Source of the DNA: Ignavibacteriales bacterium
GTDB lineage: Bacteria; Bacteroidota; Ignavibacteria; T3Sed10-11
DNA length: 64,000 nt
Assembly (NCBI GenBank): GCA_003562775.1
Contig: PWTU01000356.1
Coordinates: forward strand, 29,505-93,504
Direction: 5' to 3'
In this document: piece by piece, positions 1-10,898 of the stretch
Layout: each line of letters begins with the position of its first letter
How positions within the stretch are numbered: position 1 is the first letter of the stretch
Translations under genes and position numbers: made by a program
Notes under the pieces: model-generated
The model's database searches: none
Told to the model about the DNA's origin: nothing
Seen by the model: only the letters and a program-made list of their open reading frames with translations

Positions 1-394
1 CGTGTTTGTCCATAGATTCAAGCGCATCGCCTGAAAAACGGAATGCATCACCGTCCCCTTCCGAGACGTGTTTCCCCGGTATGAAATCTACAGTTCCCAC
101 CCCTATGGCCACCCGTGTATCGAATTTTCCGGATCCCAGAAGATATTTCAATGTTGCACGAAAAAAAAGTGCAACTGTGAATGCAACTGAGGGGTCGGAG
201 ATGATCATTTGCCAGCTATCTCCGCGAAATACGTCGACCGGCAAAGGAGCAATATTCCCGAAAAATTTATGTAAGCGATTTGATACATTCCGGAGTCCGG
301 CCGCAAGTTTTTTGCGCTCCGATACGGGGAGATCAGAGAATCGCACAATATCTCCGGTAATCACAGCGTAGTTTTTTTTCTTTTGGATTTTCAA
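1..394 (-). CDS. Partial CDS running off the left edge. Possibly a SatD-family or nucleotide-cyclase-fold-like protein.
   Basis: My own minus-strand translation reads ...YAVITGDIVRFSDLPVSERKKLAAGLRNVSNRLHKFFGNIAPLPVDVFRGDSWQMIISDP... with no stops. The GDIV..S and GD..Q motifs resemble SatD from memory. The start is uncertain (TTG 394 or GTG 364). The listed + ORF 6..371 is its antisense shadow. Confidence 0.45.
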   Translation of the reverse strand, partial: MKIQKKKNYAVITGDIVRFSDLPVSERKKLAAGLRNVSNRLHKFFGNIAPLPVDVFRGDSWQMIISDPSVAFTVALFFRATLKYLLGSGKFDTRVAIGVGTVDFIPGKHVSEGDGDAFRFSGDALESMDKH

Positions 395-412
395 CTTACC
401 GGTCTTTACATA

Positions 413-1273
413 TCACTTGTTGTACTCGTAAAATCCCTGTCCTGTTTTTCTACCCAGATGTCCCGCGGCGACCTTTTTTTTCAATAACGGGCATGGGCGA
501 TATTTATCGTCTCCCAGACCTTCGTGCAGCACTTCCATAATCGACAAGCACACATCGAGTCCGATAAAATCCGCCAGCGTTAAGGGTCCCATCGGGTGAT
601 TCATCCCAAGCTTCATCACCGTGTCTATAGCGTCGGGTTCGGCAACTCCCTCCATCACACAATACATCGCCTCATTAAGCATAGGTAATAATACCCTGTT
701 CGACACAAAGCCGGGATAATCGTTTACTTCAACCGGCGTTTTGTCGAGAGATTCGGCGATTCCCTTAATTGTTTGATACGTTTCATCACTGGTAGCAAGA
801 CCCCGTATGATTTCGACTAACTTCATAACCGGCACGGGATTCATAAAATGCATGCCGATTACCTTATCCGGACGCTGCGTTATAGCTGCAAGTTCGGTAA
901 TCGAAATTGAAGAGGTGTTGGTCGCGACAATTGCATCTGAGGGCGCTTTTTCATCTATGGTTTTGAAAATATCCGTTTTAATTTTGATATCTTCGGTAAC
1001 CGCCTCGATTATGAGAGATGAATTCTGAACTGCAGATGCGAGATCGGTGGTCGCCGTAATATTATCGAGCGTTTCTTTCTTCCGGGATTCGTTGATTACT
1101 TCCTTTTTAATCTGCCGGTCGAGGTTTTTTGTAATCGTTTGAACTGCACGATCCAGAAAATCCTGCTTTATATCACAAAGATTGACTTTATAACCGAATT
1201 GCGCAAAAACGTGGGCTATTCCGTTCCCCATCGTCCCTGCACCGACTACCGTTATATTTTTATTCTGTGTCAT
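413..1273 (-). CDS. hbd: 3-hydroxybutyryl-CoA dehydrogenase
   Basis: N-terminal Rossmann motif [12 protein letters not shown] and a 3HCDH C-domain ([34 protein letters not shown]). It lies directly downstream of a thiolase gene. Confidence 0.93.
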   Translation of the reverse strand: MTQNKNITVVGAGTMGNGIAHVFAQFGYKVNLCDIKQDFLDRAVQTITKNLDRQIKKEVINESRKKETLDNITATTDLASAVQNSSLIIEAVTEDIKIKTDIFKTIDEKAPSDAIVATNTSSISITELAAITQRPDKVIGMHFMNPVPVMKLVEIIRGLATSDETYQTIKGIAESLDKTPVEVNDYPGFVSNRVLLPMLNEAMYCVMEGVAEPDAIDTVMKLGMNHPMGPLTLADFIGLDVCLSIMEVLHEGLGDDKYRPCPLLKKKVAAGHLGRKTGQGFYEYNK

Positions 1274-1303
1274 AGTATTATCCGATTGGTTAATAGGATC
1301 TAA

Positions 1304-1339
1304 GAAATGAAAAAGCCCGTTATAATTAGCAACGGGCTT
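1304..1339 (-). terminator. Rho-independent terminator-like hairpin between thiolase and hbd
   Basis: On the minus strand, AAGCCCGTT-gctaattat-AACGGGCTT (9-bp stem) is followed by TTTCATTTC. It begins 9 nt after the thiolase stop codon. Confidence 0.55.
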
Positions 1340-1347
1340 ACGATTGA

Positions 1348-2532
1348 TTAGATACGTTCTACAATGACTGCACTCGCCTCACCGCCTCCGATACAAATTG
1401 CAGCAAGACCGACCTGAACATTCTTATGTTCCATTGCGTGCAGCAGCGTCACCAGTATACGTGCACCGCTTGCACCGATCGGATGTCCAAGTGCGACTGC
1501 GCCGCCATGTATGTTCACCTTTTCAGGATCAAGTCCGGCAATTTTATTTACCGCGAGTGCTACAACAGCAAATGCCTCGTTTACTTCAAACAGTCCGATG
1601 TCGTCTTTATTCATCCCCGCTTTTTTCATGACCTTTGCGATTACATCTGCAGGCGCTGTCGTAAACCATTCGGGCGCTTTTGCGTGCGACGCTTGTGCAA
1701 TAATTCGTGCGACCGGCTTGACGCCCAACTCATCCGCTTTTTTGCCGGACGTTATCGCCACTGCCGCAGCGCCGTCGTTTATTGTGGATGCGTTTGCCGG
1801 AGTTACGGTACCGTCTTTTTGAAACACCGGTTTCAGACCGGGAATTTTTTCAAACTTTACTCGCAGCGGTTCTTCATCCGTATCAACTATCGTTGACTCA
1901 CCTTTTCTGCCGGGAATTTCAAACGGAACGATTTCTTTTTTAAACCACCCTTCTTTTTGTGCAGTCTGCGCCCGCTTATAACTCATTACTGCATACTCAT
2001 CCTGCAGATCGCGCGGAATTGCACATTCTTTTGCACACAGTTCGGCTGCATTCCCCATATGGTAATCGTTGTATACATCCCATAAACCGTCTACGATCAT
2101 CGAGTCGAGCACTTTCCCATGTCCGAGCCGGTATCCGCTTCTTGCTTTATCCAAAAGATACGGCGCGTTGGACATGCTTTCCATACCACCGGCAATAATA
2201 ACCGACGAGTCGCCGTTATTTATTGCCTGAGCACCGAGCATAACACTCTTCAAACCCGAACCGCACATTTTGTTAATTGTCATACATTCAACCGAATTCG
2301 GCAAGCCGGCAAATATCGCCGCCTGCCGTGCCGGCGCCTGACCTAATCCTGCAGGCAAAACGTTTCCCATAATAACTTCATCGATTTGATCAGGTTGGAG
2401 TCCAGCTCTGCTCATCGCTTCACCCACTACTTTCGCTCCGAGCCGCGGGGCCGGAACGGCATTCAGGGATCCTGCGAGCGAGCCAATAGGGGTTCTGCAT
2501 GCGCTTATGATAAAAACGTCGTTATTATTCAT
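1348..2532 (-). CDS. acetyl-CoA C-acetyltransferase (thiolase II)
   Basis: Thiolase signatures: ACRTPIGS near the N-terminus, active-site [10 protein letters not shown], and C-terminal [17 protein letters not shown] and CIGGGEA. Confidence 0.93.
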   Translation of the reverse strand: MNNNDVFIISACRTPIGSLAGSLNAVPAPRLGAKVVGEAMSRAGLQPDQIDEVIMGNVLPAGLGQAPARQAAIFAGLPNSVECMTINKMCGSGLKSVMLGAQAINNGDSSVIIAGGMESMSNAPYLLDKARSGYRLGHGKVLDSMIVDGLWDVYNDYHMGNAAELCAKECAIPRDLQDEYAVMSYKRAQTAQKEGWFKKEIVPFEIPGRKGESTIVDTDEEPLRVKFEKIPGLKPVFQKDGTVTPANASTINDGAAAVAITSGKKADELGVKPVARIIAQASHAKAPEWFTTAPADVIAKVMKKAGMNKDDIGLFEVNEAFAVVALAVNKIAGLDPEKVNIHGGAVALGHPIGASGARILVTLLHAMEHKNVQVGLAAICIGGGEASAVIVERI

Positions 2533-2570
2533 ATGAATCCTCGTTCGTTAAAGGATGGAACATCAGGAGA

Positions 2571-3824
2571 TTAGCTGTTCATCGCGCGGAGGAATTCTTT
2601 ATTGGATTTCGTGCCGCGCATTTTTTCGAGCAGAAACTCCATCGCTTCGACGGTTGTAAACTCACTCAGGATTTTACGCAGTATCCATACACGATTCAAC
2701 TCTTCTTCTTCGAGCAACAGTTCCTCGCGACGGGTTCCGCTACGATTTACATCTATTGCTGGAAATACACGCCGGTCACTTAGTTTTCGATCAAGCACAA
2801 TTTCGCAGTTACCGGTGCCTTTAAATTCTTCGAATATTACTTCATCCATTCGACTGCCGGTCTCTACAAGCGCGGTTGCAATGACGGTCAAACTACCCCC
2901 TTCTTCAATATTTCGCGCCGCACCGAAGAACCGTTTCGGCTTGTGTAATGCGTTTGCATCGACGCCTCCAGAAAGGATTTTTCCACTGTGCGGAACCACA
3001 GTGTTATGTGCCCGTGCAAGGCGTGTAATACTGTCGAGCAGAATAACGACATCTTTTCCCGTCTCAACGGTTCGCCTCGCTTTTTCGAGCACCATATCCG
3101 CGACCTGCACGTGCCGCTCTGGCGGTTCATCGAAAGTCGATGATATAACTTCTCCCTGAACGGAGCGCTCCATATCGGTAACTTCTTCCGGGCGTTCATC
3201 GATAAGCAATACCATTAATATAACATCGGGGGAATTTCTCGTGATGCTATTTGCAATTTTTTGCAACAGGATGGTTTTACCTGCTTTCGGCGGAGAAACG
3301 ATCATGCCTCGCTGTCCTTTGCCGATTGGTGCCAGCAAATCGATAATTCGCGTCGCATAATCTGCGGGCGCCGCTTCGAGCGGTATTCTATCCTCGGGAT
3401 AAAGCGGCGTTAAATTATCAAATAAAGGACGATCGCGAATGTTTTCGGGATCTACCTGATTAACCGACTCTACCCGCAACAGGGCAAAGAATCTTTCCCC
3501 CTCTTTCGGCGGTCTTACCTGCCCGCTGACGGTATCACCGGTTCGCAGTCCGAATTTCTTTATTTGCGAAGGCGACACGTAAATATCATCCGGTGAGGGA
3601 AGATAGTTGTAATCTACCGATCTAAGGAAGCCATAGCCACCGGGGAGCACTTCGAGCACCCCTTTGCTGAAGCGCATACCATCCTGTTCCGTTACCGCTT
3701 CGAGTATTTTGAATATGAGATCCTGTTTCCTCAGATCACTGTATCCGGTGAGCTTCATTTCCTTAGCAATCTTCTGAAGCTCAACAATTTTTTTTGATTG
3801 CAGTACGTTTATGTCCATTACCAT
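2571..3824 (-). CDS. rho: transcription termination factor Rho
   Basis: Has the Rho N-terminal domain ([10 protein letters not shown]), the RNA-binding cold-shock-like part (GYGFLR), and Walker [16 protein letters not shown]. The 417 aa length fits Rho. Confidence 0.97.
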   Translation of the reverse strand: MVMDINVLQSKKIVELQKIAKEMKLTGYSDLRKQDLIFKILEAVTEQDGMRFSKGVLEVLPGGYGFLRSVDYNYLPSPDDIYVSPSQIKKFGLRTGDTVSGQVRPPKEGERFFALLRVESVNQVDPENIRDRPLFDNLTPLYPEDRIPLEAAPADYATRIIDLLAPIGKGQRGMIVSPPKAGKTILLQKIANSITRNSPDVILMVLLIDERPEEVTDMERSVQGEVISSTFDEPPERHVQVADMVLEKARRTVETGKDVVILLDSITRLARAHNTVVPHSGKILSGGVDANALHKPKRFFGAARNIEEGGSLTVIATALVETGSRMDEVIFEEFKGTGNCEIVLDRKLSDRRVFPAIDVNRSGTRREELLLEEEELNRVWILRKILSEFTTVEAMEFLLEKMRGTKSNKEFLRAMNS

Positions 3825-4027
3825 TAACTATTACCTTGTTTATATAATTTAATTAATTACTTATTTTCTTTATCCTGATTAAAACACCCAGATTTAATAT
3901 CAAATTTACGTTGGATGGTCCTATATCTTTAAATTGAGATTTTCCCGATGTGATTTCCTGGTGGCTGATTCGTGAAGCCAATTAAAATATACCTGTTTTT
4001 ATTTATTTTGTCAAGATTATTTCCGCT

Positions 4028-5335
4028 TTATTCCAAAAATTCTAATGCCTCGCCGATTACAAAATGTGAACCGGCCACCAGGATTACCTCACTATTTTTT
4101 GATTTTGATGCCGCCATCCGTATACCGTCCGGTACGCTGCCGCACGCAACGACCGGAAAAAAGATGCCCTCCGATATCCGGCGGAGCTGTTCTCCGGAAA
4201 TCGCTCGTTCGTTTCTCGGTTCAACAAAGTACATAACCCGTGCAATTTTCGATAGGGTACGCAGCATTGACTTGACGTCTTTATCATTTAAAACACCGAA
4301 CACGACAGGAATGTTTTCATATCCCATTTCGGACAGAGAGCGCACCAGCTCGCGAATAGCACCCGGATTATGGGCGACGTCAAGCACCCACTGCCCTGTT
4401 TCTTTTTGTAACAATTGTAAACGGCCTTTTATTCCCGTCAAATCTTTGACGTGCTCCATTCCATATCGCAGTTGCCGATCGCTGATATTCCATCTTTTTT
4501 CTACACCATCGACCTTCCCTCGCAGCACATCCAATGCTCTGACCGCAATAAGTGCATTTTGAATCTGGAACAACCCCGGCAACCCGACGATAAGCTTTTA
4601 GTGTTGTTTGGCATCACCATAATACATATCGACAATCGATTTATTTAAGTCTTTTTCGTGTAAAAGCGCCGCCGCGTGGGGATTGACTTCAATAAATGGC
4701 GCCTTATTATATTTCGCTATCTCCCTCAGCACTTCAATCGCCCGTGCACTTTGAACACCGGAGACAACCGGTGTATCCTCTTTTATTATTCCTCCCTTTT
4801 CATATGCAATGCGTGCAAGGGTACGGCCAAGATATTTTTGATGTTCAAGACCAACGCTCGTGATGACAGAAATTACCGGTGTTAATACATTCGTTGCATC
4901 GAAACGCCCGCCAAGACCCGTTTCAAAAATTCCAACATCGATCTCATTATCGGCAAAGTATTTCATTGCCATCGCGGTTGTAGCTTCGAAGAATGTAGCC
5001 CGCAGAGTATCGACTTTCGATTGTATGCTCGAAGAGTACTCAACAACATAGTCTTCCGGTATCTCCCCTCCGTTAATCTTAATTCTTTCCGAGAAGCGAA
5101 CGAGGTGTGGTGAGGTATATGATCCGGTTTTTAAACCGTGAGTCTGTAAAACGGCGTCTATCATTGCAGCAACCGATCCTTTACCGTTTGTGCCCGCAAC
5201 GTGAATAGAAAGATACTTATTGTGGGGATCACCGAGATCCTCCAGCAAAAGTGAAACTTTTTCGAGCCCAAGTTTAATGCCGAATCTCTGTAAACCATAT
5301 AACCAATCGATGAATTCCTGATACGATTGCGCCAT
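4028..5335 (-). pseudogene. folC: Folylpolyglutamate synthase/dihydrofolate synthase reading frame interrupted by one in-frame TAA (4598..4600)
   Basis: ORF 4598..5335 carries the Mur-ligase N-terminal and central part (HVAGTNGKGS). ORF 4028..4582 carries the C-terminal part. Both are in the same frame, reading ...YYGDAKQH*KLIVGLPGLFQIQNALIAV..., which spans the conserved L.G.hQ..NA..A motif. Confidence 0.8.
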
Positions 5336-5374
5336 ATAAAACTATTCTTATCGGATTATATATTTTGTTTTAAA

Positions 5375-6325
5375 TTACAACCAGCTTTTTACAACGGAAA
5401 TTGTATGATCGGTCTCTAATGTTCCGATTAGATCCTGTACATCGGATATTTTGTTATCTTTACAATAATCGGTAATTCCATATGCAATCCCGACTGCAAT
5501 ACCCGGGTTAATATAATTCGCCGTTCCGATTTCAACCGCAGCCGCCCCCGTTATCAGAAATTCCAGTGCATCATTGGTGCAGGCGATTCCTCCTATTCCG
5601 ATGACGGGTATAGAGACGGATTTGACTACTTCATATACTTTTGCCAACGCCACAGGACGTATTGCCGGGCCGGATAATCCTCCGGTAGTGGTACTGATTT
5701 TCGGGCGGCGTGTCTTTACATCAACCGCCATTCCCACCAATGTGTTTATCAACGATACCGCATCGGCGCCCTCCTTTTCCACGGCACGGGCAAATTCGGA
5801 TACCGATGTAACATTCGGTGTCAGCTTTATGATGAGCGGTTTGTCGGTTAACGGTCGCAACTCACGCGTTATTTCCGCGGTCATTCGTACATTCGTTCCA
5901 AATGACAATCCCCCTTCTTTTACATTCGGACAAGAGACGTTAATCTCATAGCCATGACAACAGTCTCCCGCTTCGATTCGTTCAAGGACGGCTCTATATT
6001 CCTCGACGGTACTTGCAGCGATATTCACAATCACGGCAGTTTCGAGCGAGCTTAGAAAAGGCGCTTTTTCTTCAAGGAACTTATCCACTCCAATGTTAGC
6101 CAATCCTATAGAATTTATCATCCCGCCGGGCGTCTCGACAATTCTCGGAGGTGGATTGCCATCGCGCGGTTTTAATGAAAGTGATTTGGTCACAATAGCA
6201 CCGATCTTATTCACATCCACGAGATCAAGACATTCGTCGCCATAACCGAATGTGCCCGATGCAACCCACACACGATTCCGGCAATGCATTGTTCCTATAT
6301 TGAATTCCGTTCGAACGTCCGTCAT
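5375..6325 (-). CDS. pyrD: dihydroorotate dehydrogenase, class 1B catalytic subunit
   Basis: DHOD motifs NRVWVASGTFGYG, NVSCPN and GGLSGPAIRPVAL. It overlaps the upstream pyrK-type gene by 4 nt. Confidence 0.9.
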   Translation of the reverse strand: MTDVRTEFNIGTMHCRNRVWVASGTFGYGDECLDLVDVNKIGAIVTKSLSLKPRDGNPPPRIVETPGGMINSIGLANIGVDKFLEEKAPFLSSLETAVIVNIAASTVEEYRAVLERIEAGDCCHGYEINVSCPNVKEGGLSFGTNVRMTAEITRELRPLTDKPLIIKLTPNVTSVSEFARAVEKEGADAVSLINTLVGMAVDVKTRRPKISTTTGGLSGPAIRPVALAKVYEVVKSVSIPVIGIGGIACTNDALEFLITGAAAVEIGTANYINPGIAVGIAYGITDYCKDNKISDVQDLIGTLETDHTISVVKSWL

Positions 6326-7092
6326 TGTATTACCACCGAATGAATATCAAAAACGGGACCGTCTTTACACACCAGACGATATTTTGTTTGACTGTTTGCC
6401 GATTCAACCGGACAGCCCTGACATATACCCACACCACACGCCATGATACATTCTAGTGAAACCTGACCGGATAGAGAATATTTACAAAGCATCGACTGCA
6501 ACGCCCGCAACATCGGATTGGGACCACAGGCATAGACATACATCTCTCTATCGGTATTTTCAGACAACCATTGTTCCAGCAACGAAACAACTGTTCCGTG
6601 AAAACCCTTGCTGTTATCATCAGTTGCATAATGTATATTCGTGAGATTATAATCTATCAGATAATTCTCAGACCGCGCTCCTAAAAAGGTTTCTATACCG
6701 TAAATCTTCTGTTCCATAAGAAACTGCGTAAGAATCGGCATCGGCGCCATTCCGAGCCCGCCGGCAACCAGTATGGCGGTGGTATCGGGTTCGGGCATCT
6801 TAAACGACCGTCCCAGCGGTCCGAGAACATCGACGGTATCACCCGGATTTTTCTCCGACAAAATGCGGGTCCCCTCTCCAACCACATCGAAGATAATTGT
6901 AATAATATCCCGTTTTTTAAATGCAACACTGAACGGTCGCCGAAGCAGCGGATATACACCATCCTGAACTTTGATATTTATAAACTGTCCCGGTTTTATG
7001 AGACCGGAAAAGTACGCACTTCGCAAATGCAATGCATACACAGTCGGTTTGAGCTGTTCACATTGCACGACCGGAAGTATTTCAATTTTCAT
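6322..7092 (-). CDS. pyrK: dihydroorotate dehydrogenase electron-transfer subunit
   Basis: Ferredoxin-reductase-type FAD/NAD fold (RRPFSV, GGLGMAP) plus a C-terminal 2Fe-2S cysteine cluster CIMACGVGICQGC. Adjacent to pyrD. Confidence 0.88.
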   Translation of the reverse strand: MKIEILPVVQCEQLKPTVYALHLRSAYFSGLIKPGQFINIKVQDGVYPLLRRPFSVAFKKRDIITIIFDVVGEGTRILSEKNPGDTVDVLGPLGRSFKMPEPDTTAILVAGGLGMAPMPILTQFLMEQKIYGIETFLGARSENYLIDYNLTNIHYATDDNSKGFHGTVVSLLEQWLSENTDREMYVYACGPNPMLRALQSMLCKYSLSGQVSLECIMACGVGICQGCPVESANSQTKYRLVCKDGPVFDIHSVVIQ

Positions 7093-9244
7093 TTTGTTCT
7101 TCTATCCGGGTGGTATCGGGTTTTTCTTCAAGTTCTTTGACATCGGATGGTCGTGCAAGGGGAATTCCCCGCTGTCGAGCCGGTTCTTCCTCGATTGCTT
7201 CCTCTACCGTTTCTTCCTGTTCCTTTTCGGCAGTTTCTGCGATCTCCGCTTCCTGCCGCGCACGTTCTTCTTCAGCGATTTTCTCATTCCAGGCATTCAC
7301 TTTTTCTCTCACTACCGAGGCAAACTGCGTATCCGGATGAATTTCTACCAGTTTTTGATAGTGTACAACCGCGCTGTCAGGTTTTTGCAAAATGTTTTCA
7401 TAAATCCATCCGACTGCATAACGCGCTTGCGCCGAATAGTGTGAGTCGCTGGTGTCATTCATTACATACTCAAATAAAATTAACGCTTCTTCATAGTTTT
7501 CTGTAAGCATTGCTTCTTCCGCTTGTATATATATTTCTTCAAGCGGATCCGATTCAACTGTCGGAACTTCCATTCCGAGAATTCGTTTTGCTTCGATGGA
7601 AAAATCCGAATCGGGATATCTCTCGATTAACAAACGGTAGATGGAATTACGCAAATACTGCGGTTCATCGCTCACAGTCCGCGATTCGAATAGTAATTCG
7701 GCGTCCGACACCGAGTAGCCATCTTCGGATGCTAACCTCACAATTTCTGCAAGTGCATAGAGTGCCTGCGGTGCAAACCGGGATTCGGGAAAATTGTGTG
7801 CAAGCCGGGAGTAGTAATAAGCCGCAGAATCCGGACGCTCCAATTCTATATAGAACAACCCCGCAAGTTCGTTATAATTGCGTGCAAGTTCAGCAAGGTT
7901 AGATTCAATTTGTTTTTGCAACTCCTCCGGTGTGATAGCAACGTGCTGTTCGGAATAGTCCTCAGCATCAAGCGTATCGCTTACTTCTATTTCGGTAGTA
8001 TCCCTGACGAGTGACAACTGTTCTTCGAGTTCAAACAACTGATCTTTTTTTGCCAAAACTACCGAGTCGAGTCGTTCTATTTCATTTTTATGGTTCCAGT
8101 ACTTATTAAAATTATCGTGTTTCGCCCAGGCGCTCCGCGTAAGATCAGACGGGGGAGTTGCCCGTGAAACCGTTTCATAGTAATCTTTCGCTTTCTTAAA
8201 ATCACCGAATTTTTCACTATATATAGCAGCAAGTGTATATTGCGCCTCGGTGGATACGACGGTCCGCGAGTAGGTAGTATCTACATACACATATTGATCA
8301 ATTGCTTCTTCTATCAATCCTTGATCGAGATAAATATGCGCCGCTTCAAGCTCAATTCGCGATACGTATTCGTTTAACCGCAAATCGCTGAGCAGATCGG
8401 CAAGCAAATCGATAGCAGCGTCGTGCTTATTGTTAAGCGCCAGAATCCGCGCACGCGCTTTTTGAGACTCGAATAAAATCGCAGGAGTAGGCCTATCATC
8501 GACAACGTCAGAAAACTCCCTGTATGCATTTTCATACTGCTCAAGATCATGATAAACGTTCGCAAGGTAAAAGCGTGCTTCACTCCGAATCGTTCTATCG
8601 CGGGCAATTTCAACTGCCGAGGCGAATTCCTCGATTGCGTCTTGCGAATTGTCTGCATTTCTTTCTATCCTGCCCAATTCAATTCGCGCCCGTGCAGCAA
8701 TATCACGGTCGCTACGTGAATCTAACCTTTCGACAAGGTCCCGTAACGCGACCTGAGCTTCTCTGATTTTATTCATTCGCAACTGTGTTTTCGCCAGAAG
8801 AAGTTGTGCTTCCGGTATATACCTGCTTTCCGGAAACTCAGCAAGCATTTCAAGATATTTCCGTTCCGCCTGTATGTTCTGCCGCATATGATAATATGAG
8901 TTCCCAATCATAAGCACAGCATCATCGGCGTATCTGCTTGTTGGATGTTGATGCAGCAGACGGGAACATTTCTCAATTACATCGTTAAATTTTTGACGTA
9001 TTTGCTGCGGAATTTCAAACTGACCGGAACGACTTTGTTGCCGATGACGAGTCTCTGCCTGCTCCAATTCCTCAACCGCTTCTTCATACAACTTTTTGGC
9101 ATTGTAGAAGGTATTAAAATAAGACACCGTATTGACATACTGTCGGCCGAAAAAATCCCCTACCGGCCGCATGACCGAACATCCTGCAAGGAGAAATGAT
9201 AAGAATACGATGAGGAAACCTATGCCTGCACGCGGGAACTTCAC
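7082..9244 (-). CDS. TPR-repeat lipoprotein with an acidic C-terminal tail
   Basis: Signal peptide plus lipobox FLLAGCS. Many TPR-like A..Y/L..A repeats. Glu-rich C-terminus. Overlaps pyrK by 11 nt. Confidence 0.75.
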   Translation of the reverse strand: MKFPRAGIGFLIVFLSFLLAGCSVMRPVGDFFGRQYVNTVSYFNTFYNAKKLYEEAVEELEQAETRHRQQSRSGQFEIPQQIRQKFNDVIEKCSRLLHQHPTSRYADDAVLMIGNSYYHMRQNIQAERKYLEMLAEFPESRYIPEAQLLLAKTQLRMNKIREAQVALRDLVERLDSRSDRDIAARARIELGRIERNADNSQDAIEEFASAVEIARDRTIRSEARFYLANVYHDLEQYENAYREFSDVVDDRPTPAILFESQKARARILALNNKHDAAIDLLADLLSDLRLNEYVSRIELEAAHIYLDQGLIEEAIDQYVYVDTTYSRTVVSTEAQYTLAAIYSEKFGDFKKAKDYYETVSRATPPSDLTRSAWAKHDNFNKYWNHKNEIERLDSVVLAKKDQLFELEEQLSLVRDTTEIEVSDTLDAEDYSEQHVAITPEELQKQIESNLAELARNYNELAGLFYIELERPDSAAYYYSRLAHNFPESRFAPQALYALAEIVRLASEDGYSVSDAELLFESRTVSDEPQYLRNSIYRLLIERYPDSDFSIEAKRILGMEVPTVESDPLEEIYIQAEEAMLTENYEEALILFEYVMNDTSDSHYSAQARYAVGWIYENILQKPDSAVVHYQKLVEIHPDTQFASVVREKVNAWNEKIAEEERARQEAEIAETAEKEQEETVEEAIEEEPARQRGIPLARPSDVKELEEKPDTTRIEEQNEN

Positions 9245-9333
9245 TCTGCCTCCATACCTTCATTTTGTATAATTACTTCCAGTTTCACAAAATGCAAGAT
9301 ACCCACTAAATTAAAGAAAATCAACAGGTTTAT

Positions 9334-9762
9334 TCAATTATCGGCAAATTGAGGCAAGATCGGAACTATGATCTCATACGGAATGGTATCTCCGGCGAGA
9401 TGTGCTCTAATGACAACTTCCCCTGTTTCACGCTTTGCACGCAACGTAATGGAATTTTTATCCCGTGAGATAATTTCTACCTTACCGCTCCCCTCCTTAA
9501 TTTCATAAAATACCCGGATTGATTTGAATTTCATGGGTAATCCGACGGTATTATACGGTATTGCATTAACTGTTGTGGTAGACCGACCATCGGGAAACAT
9601 CGACGGTGGGTTGGCGACAAATTCGATGTGTGAAATATTAAGCAATAGCTTTACTCCGAGCGCAACAATAAATAAAAGTGATATACTTATAAGTATGAAA
9701 TTCTGAATTCTTGTCGCATTCCAGGGTTTCCCGATATCACGATATTTATTTTCTTCTGCCAT
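9334..9762 (-). CDS. hypothetical single-pass membrane protein
   Basis: 142-aa ORF with one hydrophobic helix (FILISISLLFIVALGV) followed by a beta-rich domain. I recognise no family. Confidence 0.5.
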   Translation of the reverse strand: MAEENKYRDIGKPWNATRIQNFILISISLLFIVALGVKLLLNISHIEFVANPPSMFPDGRSTTTVNAIPYNTVGLPMKFKSIRVFYEIKEGSGKVEIISRDKNSITLRAKRETGEVVIRAHLAGDTIPYEIIVPILPQFADN

Positions 9763-10007
9763 TTCCCGACTGACTCATTTATAACCTTAACAATTTTTAG
9801 GTGTACATATATATGGTATAAAAAGTTTGTTGATTTTTCAAGTATAAAAAAAGATAACGCGATTACGTATATCAATAGTCTTTACTCTGTCTCCCAGCTT
9901 TCGATACGCTTTATTTTTTTTCAAATCGATTAAACCAATTCGAGGGCATATGTATCTAATAAGTAAATAGATTAAAATAACCCCCAAAAATAATTAGGAG
10001 ATATGTT

Positions 10008-10484
10008 ATGAGAACACAATATTTTGCATTAGTGCTGGTCGGTTTATTTCTTCTTACATCCTCACTTGATGCGCAAATGCGAGGTGGTTTTGGAGAGCGC
10101 GGTATGCGAGGAGAACGCCCACATCGGATGTGGTTGCACGAGATGCTCGATTTGACAGCCGAACAGGAGTCCAGACTTTCGGCGCTTCGGACTGCTCACC
10201 AAACACAAATGATCGATAAGCGGGCTGAGTTGCAAAAAATCCGAATTTCAATTCGGGAAGAAATGGTAAAAGATGCTCCCGATATGACTGCGGTTGAAAA
10301 TATGATAAAAAAGCAGGAAGAAATTCGTACCAATTTACAATTAGCGCGGGTAAAGCACTGGAACGATGTCCGTGAAATTCTTACACCCGAGCAGAGAGAA
10401 ATATGGCAAAAGCACCGGAGAGGGTTTGGCGAATTCGGTGACCGCCGGGGTTCCTGGCGCCGGCATTCGCGTGGTAGATGGTAA
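10008..10484 (+). CDS. Spy/CpxP-family periplasmic protein (LTxxQ motifs)
   Basis: AGGAG Shine-Dalgarno site 7 nt upstream, a signal peptide, two LTxxQ motifs (LDLTAEQESRL, LTPEQREIW), and a basic C-terminus. Confidence 0.7.
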   Translation: MRTQYFALVLVGLFLLTSSLDAQMRGGFGERGMRGERPHRMWLHEMLDLTAEQESRLSALRTAHQTQMIDKRAELQKIRISIREEMVKDAPDMTAVENMIKKQEEIRTNLQLARVKHWNDVREILTPEQREIWQKHRRGFGEFGDRRGSWRRHSRGRW

Positions 10485-10507
10485 ACTATAACCATAAACT
10501 TAACTAC

Positions 10508-10546
10508 GGCGCATCCGAACGGGTGCGCCGTGTTGTATTTATTTTG
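10508..10546 (+). terminator. Rho-independent terminator
   Basis: GGCGCATCC-GAAC-GGGTGCGCC (9-bp stem including one G-U pair, tetraloop) followed by GTGTTGTATTTATTTT. It sits 24 nt after the stop of the CpxP-like gene and overlaps the 3' end of convergent mazF. Confidence 0.65.
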
Positions 10547-10898
10547 TAATATCACGAGGAGCAATAACCAGTAATATCCCCTCTAACATTTCTTCAACTC
10601 GCTTCGAAGATAAAGTGCCGATTTTTCTTACCAAATCCATTTTATCGACGGTAAATATTTGAGACACATTAACAACACTCCGTTTACGAAGATTAGCTTC
10701 CCCTTTATATAAAAGAACATTTCCGGGTATCTTGGCTCGTTCAATGTTTGATGTAATTGAGCAAACTACGACAGTATTTATCCGACTCTTATTAAATACA
10801 TTATTCTGGACAATAACGTGAGGATGGAGGTATGCCGGTTGTGATCCAATTGATTCGCCTAGATCTATCCAAAACACATCACCTTGATTTATTACCAT
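10539..10898 (-). CDS. mazF: type II toxin, PemK/MazF-family endoribonuclease
   Basis: The N-terminus GDVFWIDLGESIGSQPAYLHPHVIV...VVVCSITSN is typical of PemK/MazF. It overlaps the upstream antitoxin ORF by 7 nt. Confidence 0.88.
   Translation of the reverse strand: MVINQGDVFWIDLGESIGSQPAYLHPHVIVQNNVFNKSRINTVVVCSITSNIERAKIPGNVLLYKGEANLRKRSVVNVSQIFTVDKMDLVRKIGTLSSKRVEEMLEGILLVIAPRDITK

Noticed and set aside
6-371. Listed + strand ORF of 121 aa at the left edge
   Set aside because: It has a low-complexity S/P/R-rich translation and a TTG start. The opposite strand gives a clean protein-like frame (YAVITGDIVRFSDL...) across the same span, so this ORF is an antisense shadow.
9820-9840. TGGTATAAAAAGTTTG considered as a third sigma-54 promoter
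   Set aside because: The GG-to-TTG spacing is 2 nt longer than the consensus and than the two candidates reported, so it does not fit the -24/-12 geometry.
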